Origin: an uncultured Prevotella sp.
Lineage (GTDB): Bacteria; Bacteroidota; Bacteroidia; Bacteroidales; Bacteroidaceae
DNA: 64,000 nucleotides
Direction of reading: 5' to 3'
Assembly (NCBI GenBank): GCA_944320285.1
Contig: CALUGX010000127.1
Span: forward strand, 14,941-78,940
The notes beneath the pieces are model-generated. The model had not been told where the DNA came from and made no database searches. It saw nothing but the letters and a program-made list of their open reading frames with translations. How positions within the stretch are numbered: the stretch's first letter is position 1; the number at the start of each line of letters is the position of its first letter. This document shows positions 58,563 to 64,000 of this stretch, piece by piece. The translations under genes were made by a program, and so were the position numbers.

Positions 58563-59473
58563 AAAAGCAAGCAGTCAAGAATAACAACAAGATGCAGCGC
58601 AAAGAAGAATGTCTGACATACAACGTTGCCGTACAAAGGCCTCTGCTTGAATTTCTGTTGGAAAACATAAAGGGCAAGAGTCAGACTAAAATCAAAGCTA
58701 CGCTCAAAGGACGCGGTGTCAAGGTTGACGGCAAGACAGTAACACAATTCGACTTTGCCTTGCAACCGGGCATGAAAGTTAGTGTTAACAAGAGTAAACG
58801 TGACGACAACACATTGAAAAGCCGGTATGTAAAGATTGTTTATGAAGATAGGTATCTCGTAGTAATTGAAAAGAACATCGGCGTATTGTCAATGGCAGCC
58901 GGGCACAGTTCGCTTAACGTGAAATCCATATTGGATGATTATTTCCATAAAAGCCACCAACGCTGTACGGCCCACGTTGTTCACCGTCTTGACCGTGACA
59001 CCAGCGGACTTATGGTATATGCAAAAGATATGGAGACCGAACAGGTATTGGAACATAATTGGCATGAGATAGTTTACGACAGGCGTTACGTAGCCGTGGT
59101 CAGTGGTGAAATGGAAAAAGACGGAGGAACTATAACCAACTGGCTCAATGATAATAAAGCCTATATAACTTATTCATCGCCGGTTGACAACGGAGGCAAA
59201 TATGCTGTCACCCATTTTCATACCTTGGCCAGGACGACAGATCACAGCCTCGTAGAATACAAACTTGAGACCGGACGTAAGAACCAAATCCGCGTTCATT
59301 CGGCAGATATGGGACATCCTGTATGCGGAGACATAAAATACGGTAACGGAGACAATCCGCTTAACCGCCTCTGCCTCCACGCATATCTGTTATGCTTCTA
59401 TCATCCTGTGACAGGAGAACAAATGGAGTTTGAAACACCCATACCCACTACATTCAAACGGTTGTTCAAATAA
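58559..59473 (+). CDS. RluA-family pseudouridine synthase
   Basis: S4-like N-terminus, HRLDRDTSG, ETGRKNQIRVH, GDIKYG and LHA motifs. Confidence 0.95.
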   Translation: MKKQAVKNNNKMQRKEECLTYNVAVQRPLLEFLLENIKGKSQTKIKATLKGRGVKVDGKTVTQFDFALQPGMKVSVNKSKRDDNTLKSRYVKIVYEDRYLVVIEKNIGVLSMAAGHSSLNVKSILDDYFHKSHQRCTAHVVHRLDRDTSGLMVYAKDMETEQVLEHNWHEIVYDRRYVAVVSGEMEKDGGTITNWLNDNKAYITYSSPVDNGGKYAVTHFHTLARTTDHSLVEYKLETGRKNQIRVHSADMGHPVCGDIKYGNGDNPLNRLCLHAYLLCFYHPVTGEQMEFETPIPTTFKRLFK

Positions 59474-59514
59474 CAGCAGAAGCATATTGTTCAACAATAA
59501 AACAAAGAAATGAA

Positions 59515-59673
59515 ATGATGGAAAATATTGCATATTACATATTCTGCATTGTCGCTTTCATTATTGCTGTGGTCGTGCTCAAAAAAGTGGCAGGCTGTCT
59601 GCTGAAAACAGTTTTGATTGGAGGAATTATAGCTTTGCTCTTTGCAATTTATTATCTGTATTTTAAGGGATAA
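59515..59673 (+). CDS. Small two-helix membrane protein (52 aa), missed by the ORF track
   Basis: MMENIAYYIFCIVAFIIAVVVLKKVAGCLLKTVLIGGIIALLFAIYYLYFKG. A-rich start, followed by a hairpin at about 59704-59744. Confidence 0.75.
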   Translation: MMENIAYYIFCIVAFIIAVVVLKKVAGCLLKTVLIGGIIALLFAIYYLYFKG

Positions 59674-59927
59674 AAAATGCAATTTTTACATTTATTCATA
59701 AATACGCCTTGCTTAACCGCCATAATGGTTAAAGCAAGGCGTAATTGCTGTTATGACATTTCAAACAAATGTAAAATTATATCCGTTTCACACTAAGAGC
59801 CGTTAACGGTGATATTTTTTGTGTTAAAAGAGGACAAATATGTAAGACAAAATGACAGATTAACAAATATTGCGTCTAAATTTGCACTCACCATAAACAG
59901 AATGAAAGTATCAATTTTAAATAAACA

Positions 59928-61388
59928 ATGAATATGAAAAAGTTATCCAACTATTTCGTTTATGCGTTCTGCATCATTGCAGTGGCGTTTTCCGCAGGAG
60001 CTTTTATCAAAGCGAACGCTAAAACCAACAACCTGCCGGCAGCACAACCGGTAGACTTGACTTATGCTGCAGAGAAAGCATTACCAGCCGTTGTGCACAT
60101 TAAGTATTTACAGAACAGCAAAATACAGACTGTAGAAATGGATCCGGGACCTTGGGGCTTTGACCCGTTTGAGTTTTTCTTTGGTAACCCCGGTAACGGA
60201 GGTAGACAACAACGCAAAATACAAACCCCGAAGAAAGAGGGCTCCGGTTCAGGTGTCATTATATCTTCTGACGGATATATTGTAACCAACCACCATGTAG
60301 TAGACGGAGCTGACGAACTGACAGTAACGCTTGATGACAACCGTGAATTTTCGGCACGCATCATCGGAACCGATAAGACTACGGACCTTGCACTCATAAA
60401 GATTGACGGCAACAACTTGCCGGCCATCACCATTGGCGACAGTAACAACCTTAAAGTAGGTGAATGGGTTTTGGCTGTAGGCAATCCGTTCAACCTTAAA
60501 TCTACAGTTACTGCAGGCATTGTAAGTGCTAAAGCTCGTTCAATAGGTGCCAACAGTATAGAAGCGTTTATCCAAACAGACGCCGCCATTAACCCTGGCA
60601 ATTCAGGCGGAGCACTTGTCAACACCAAAGGTGAACTTGTTGGAATCAACGCAATGCTCGTGTCACAAACAGGAAGTTTTACCGGATACGGATTTGCAAT
60701 ACCTACAACCATAATGAATAAAGTCGTTGCAGACCTGAAACAATATGGAACGGTCCAAAGGGCCATGATTGGCGTAAGTGGTACTGATGTCAACAAATAC
60801 TTTGACATGATGAAAGAAGAAGGTAAGGATGTTGACCTCGGAACAATGGAAGGCACTTATATCGACTCTGTAGAAGATGGAAGTGCAGGTGCTGAAGCCG
60901 GACTGCAAAAGGGTGACGTCATTACTGCTATAGACGGAAAGAAAATCACAAAAATGGCCGAACTCCAAGAATACCTTGCAAACAAACGTCCTGGTGATAA
61001 GGTGACGATAACTTACTTGCGTGACAAGAAGAAAAAGACTGCCACACTTACGCTCAAGAACCAACAGGGCAACACAAATGTTGTAAAACATGCAGACCTT
61101 GACGTTCTCGGTGGCAACTTCCGTGAAATAAACGACTCCGAAAAACAGCAGCTTAACATAAACACCGGTCTTGTTGTAATAAAAGTCAACAACGGAGTAC
61201 TTAAAGACGCCGGCATCACAAAGGGCTTCATTATCCAGAAAGTCAATGATGAGCCGATGAGCACCATTTCTGACCTGCAGAAGGCTGTAAAAGACGCTTC
61301 AACAAGCAAAGATCCTGTGCTTTACATCCAAGGAATTTATCCCACTGGTAAGAAAGCATATTTTGCCGTACCTTTGCAAGACCAATAA
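59928..61388 (+). CDS. degP: Do/DegP (HtrA) serine endoprotease
   Basis: GSGSGVII, TNHHV, DLALIK, QTDAAINPGNSGG and two PDZ domains. Confidence 0.93.
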   Translation: MNMKKLSNYFVYAFCIIAVAFSAGAFIKANAKTNNLPAAQPVDLTYAAEKALPAVVHIKYLQNSKIQTVEMDPGPWGFDPFEFFFGNPGNGGRQQRKIQTPKKEGSGSGVIISSDGYIVTNHHVVDGADELTVTLDDNREFSARIIGTDKTTDLALIKIDGNNLPAITIGDSNNLKVGEWVLAVGNPFNLKSTVTAGIVSAKARSIGANSIEAFIQTDAAINPGNSGGALVNTKGELVGINAMLVSQTGSFTGYGFAIPTTIMNKVVADLKQYGTVQRAMIGVSGTDVNKYFDMMKEEGKDVDLGTMEGTYIDSVEDGSAGAEAGLQKGDVITAIDGKKITKMAELQEYLANKRPGDKVTITYLRDKKKKTATLTLKNQQGNTNVVKHADLDVLGGNFREINDSEKQQLNINTGLVVIKVNNGVLKDAGITKGFIIQKVNDEPMSTISDLQKAVKDASTSKDPVLYIQGIYPTGKKAYFAVPLQDQ

Positions 61389-61413
61389 TATAAGGTAAAA
61401 TATTTTTTTAAAC

Positions 61414-61466
61414 AATATAAAGTCTCGCGTACTTCAATTTATAAAATGTACGTGAGACTTTTATAT
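61414..61466 (+). terminator. Hairpin between degP and rpoD
   Basis: AATATAAAGTCTCGCGTAC / GTACGTGAGACTTTATATT. Confidence 0.7.
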
Positions 61467-61559
61467 TATGAACATTTTAATTCTTTTTTCAAGAAAATAT
61501 CAAAAAACATTTGTTATTTAAATAAAAAACGATTAAATTTGCAAATACTTTAAATTTAT

Positions 61560-62429
61560 ATGCTAATGAGACAACTGAAAATCACAAAATCAATTACCAA
61601 CAGGGAAAGCGACTCGTTGGATAAATATCTACAAGAAATAGGTCACGAAGAGCTTATTAGTGTAGAAGAAGAAGTAGAGTTGGCTCAACGTATAAAAAAA
61701 GGAGACCGAAAGGCTCTTGAAAAACTAACAAAAGCCAATTTGCGTTTTGTCGTTTCCGTGGCAAAGCAATATCAAAATCAAGGCCTTAGTTTACCCGACT
61801 TGATAAACGAGGGCAACTTGGGGTTGATTAAAGCCGCCGAGAAGTTTGACGAGACCAGAGGATTCAAATTCATATCATACGCTGTTTGGTGGATTAGGCA
61901 AAGCATTTTACAAGCCATTGCCGAACAGAGCCGTATAGTGCGTTTGCCGCTTAATCAAGTTGGCTCGGTAAACAAAATCAACCGTGTATTAAACAAATTC
62001 GAGCAAGAACATGAACGCAGGCCCAGCATTGACGAAATAGCCGACAACGTTGACATTCCACAAGAAAAGATAGAAGAGGCAATGAAGGTTAACAGCCGTC
62101 ATGTTTCTGTTGACGCTCCATTTGCTGACGGCGAGGACAACAGCCTTCTTGATGTACTGCCCAACAATGATTCACCAATGGCAGACAAAAAACTTGTTTT
62201 GGAGTCATTACGCGAAGAAATAAACAGAGCCTTGCAAACTTTGAACGAACGTGAACGCAATATAATCGAAGCCTTTTTCGGAATAAACCAACCCGAAATG
62301 ACTCTCGAAGAGATTGGCGACAAGTATGGTTTAACAAGGGAACGTGTGCGACAAATCAAAGAAAAAGCCATCAGAAGGCTTCGCCACAATACCCAAAACA
62401 AGTTACTCAAGTCATATCTCGGCCAGTAA
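61560..62429 (+). CDS. rpoD: Primary sigma-70 factor (Bacteroidota RpoD, no region 1.1)
   Basis: [45 protein letters not shown] and [13 protein letters not shown] motifs. Confidence 0.96.
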   Translation: MLMRQLKITKSITNRESDSLDKYLQEIGHEELISVEEEVELAQRIKKGDRKALEKLTKANLRFVVSVAKQYQNQGLSLPDLINEGNLGLIKAAEKFDETRGFKFISYAVWWIRQSILQAIAEQSRIVRLPLNQVGSVNKINRVLNKFEQEHERRPSIDEIADNVDIPQEKIEEAMKVNSRHVSVDAPFADGEDNSLLDVLPNNDSPMADKKLVLESLREEINRALQTLNERERNIIEAFFGINQPEMTLEEIGDKYGLTRERVRQIKEKAIRRLRHNTQNKLLKSYLGQ

Positions 62430-62471
62430 CAATATAAAATCAACATCATCAAATAACTACAAAATTAAGAC

Positions 62472-62909
62472 ATGAAATTGTCAAAAACAACATTTGCAAT
62501 CATCATATTCGCCATGATTGGCGGTTGTTTCATCAAGGCTACGGCAAAAATCAAATGCGTTCCCAAGATATACGCTTTCGGTTTTGCAGCATCTTTCAAT
62601 GATTCAACGGTATATTTTACCGACATTCAAGAGATTGACAGTGCATGGATAAATGATAAAAACGGCTTTCTTATAAGTCGCGACAATTATTCCTACCAAT
62701 TAAAAAACTATCTCAGCGGTATTGGTCTTGAACATCGTACCTGTATAATAAGTTTCGCTCTTGAACGTAAGGATATAGAAAAGAAATATCAAAAGATGAA
62801 AAATAAATACGTAAAAGCGGGGAACTTCTTGATAAAAGGCATTAACGATAGTGATTTCCATTTTAGTGCTATCAAGCCTGATAATTACTTGTTAGAAAAC
62901 AACAAATAA
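62472..62909 (+). CDS. Hypothetical exported protein
   Basis: Signal-peptide-like N-terminus, 145 aa. Confidence 0.8.
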   Translation: MKLSKTTFAIIIFAMIGGCFIKATAKIKCVPKIYAFGFAASFNDSTVYFTDIQEIDSAWINDKNGFLISRDNYSYQLKNYLSGIGLEHRTCIISFALERKDIEKKYQKMKNKYVKAGNFLIKGINDSDFHFSAIKPDNYLLENNK

Positions 62910-62934
62910 GAAACCAGCACCAGTACGCTTTTAT

Positions 62935-62978
62935 AAAATAGGGTGATGAACATACAAAATTGTTCATCACCCTATTTT
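62935..62978. terminator. Bidirectional terminator
   Basis: AAAATAGGGTGATGAACA / TGTTCATCACCCTATTTT 18-bp perfect inverted repeat between convergent genes. Confidence 0.85.
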
Positions 62979-62979
62979 T

Positions 62980-63450
62980 CTATTGCACAACCTTGAAGCG
63001 TATCCTGAACGAATGTTTCTCTTCATCCCAGTTAGTGCCGAGCATCTCAAACCTGCCAATCTGTGATGTGGAACGCACATGCTTCCCGATACACGGGCAA
63101 ACATCATAATCTCCAATGCGTACTAATCGCAGAGTGTCAGAAGCATCATCAGGCAACTTATCCAACGAAACGCCTTCGGGAACATTATCACGTGTTACAA
63201 ACTCAAATGTTACCGGCAAGTCCTCTTCAATAAGTTCATTCATGCGTTTCTCGATAGCCTTTTCTTCCTGACGCGACGGTTTGTGGTCGAGAATGTAACT
63301 TATTTTACTTTTCTTCCGTTCAATATGTGCATTGCTTGAACGTTCACACCCAAACATCTTTATCATTGTCTGGTTTAGCAAGTGTTCAGCCGTATGCGCA
63401 GGTGGAAATTCTTCTTTATTATGGGCGTTAAGACTGTAATTATCTTCCAT
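62980..63450 (-). CDS. Stand-alone AlaX-like tRNA editing domain protein
   Basis: HTAEHLL (HxxxH), RLVRIG and CIGKH (CxxxH) zinc motifs. Confidence 0.8.
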   Translation of the reverse strand: MEDNYSLNAHNKEEFPPAHTAEHLLNQTMIKMFGCERSSNAHIERKKSKISYILDHKPSRQEEKAIEKRMNELIEEDLPVTFEFVTRDNVPEGVSLDKLPDDASDTLRLVRIGDYDVCPCIGKHVRSTSQIGRFEMLGTNWDEEKHSFRIRFKVVQ

Positions 63451-63480
63451 CAGTACCATGAGATTTTCTTGAAAATCGTT

Positions 63481-64000
63481 TCAAATAATAAATTTATATA
63501 CTTTGCAGCCATTAGCACTTACATTCACCTTGACATTGCCGTCAGTTTTAAGTTCCATAGACTCCGGATGCCCTGTTGAGAGCAGGTCGATTGCTTTAAC
63601 AGTCGTCTCAGGTAACCCAAGGACGTCAAAAGCATGGGCTGGAATATGCACTTCACATTCTACGTCAACGTCCGAAAAATTGGCGACAACGAAAATAACT
63701 TCATCCCCGTATTTACGCAAAAAAGCATAATGCCTGTCAGGATTGAAGCCGTAACTTCCGTTGTTGGCATACATGAGATCAAAGAATTGACCGTCACTCA
63801 CCGCCTTCTCGCTCACTGCTACGTTGAGCAGTTTAGTGTAAAACTTTTCCAACGCCTTTTCATTCGGCGTCAGCTTTTTACGGTCTACGTAGCCACTATA
63901 TAACGAATTAACCGTCCAATAATCAAAGATTGTCGTGCGGCCGTCACGCCCACTGAAGCCTTCCTTGTCCATTCCGCGCTCGCCAAATTCCTGACCTGCG
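63481..64000 (-). CDS. Alpha-amylase (GH13) family protein, C-terminal part (5' end outside the window)
   Basis: AGQEFGERGMDKEGFSGRDGRTTIFDYW ... YAFLRK ... FVVANFS, typical of a GH13 C-terminal region. Confidence 0.75.
   Translation of the reverse strand, partial: AGQEFGERGMDKEGFSGRDGRTTIFDYWTVNSLYSGYVDRKKLTPNEKALEKFYTKLLNVAVSEKAVSDGQFFDLMYANNGSYGFNPDRHYAFLRKYGDEVIFVVANFSDVDVECEVHIPAHAFDVLGLPETTVKAIDLLSTGHPESMELKTDGNVKVNVSANGCKVYKFII

Noticed and set aside
33-63903. Numerous short or antisense ORFs in the six-frame track overlapping housekeeping genes
   Set aside because: Shadow frames of well-supported genes with no independent motifs or initiation signals.

Overview
Chromosomal window of a Bacteroidota genome, most likely Prevotellaceae (TAnnTTTG promoters, A-rich translation starts, Bacteroidetes-type RpoD, serine palmitoyltransferase). 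Most of it is housekeeping: pstSCA, pgk, YgiQ, tRNA-Pro, spt with a divergent lipid kinase, wza-glmS-purF-carA-carB, uxaC/uxuA/uxaB, ansA, rbr, rlmH, panB, rarA, thrA-(iPGM-like)-thrC, rnpB, degP and rpoD. The outlier is a ~5.3 kb minus-strand accessory module at 27744-32989. It carries an HTH-WYL regulator gene with one in-frame TAG and a CGAC-N7-GTCG palindrome in its promoter, a ~270-nt nested-stem leader RNA with mutually exclusive pairings, an 84-aa unknown protein, a Vsr/DUF559-like nuclease ORF with an A7 slip at its 5' end, and two Sel1-repeat exported-protein genes, one broken by three frameshifts. Non-coding signals include inverted 11-bp-periodic Pho-box-like arrays, a 177-bp MITE-like element, several degenerate 22-bp-period intergenic arrays, heptamer repeats and a GC-rich structured spt leader. 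Family assignments come from motifs read by eye and recalled knowledge. No database search or folding program was run.
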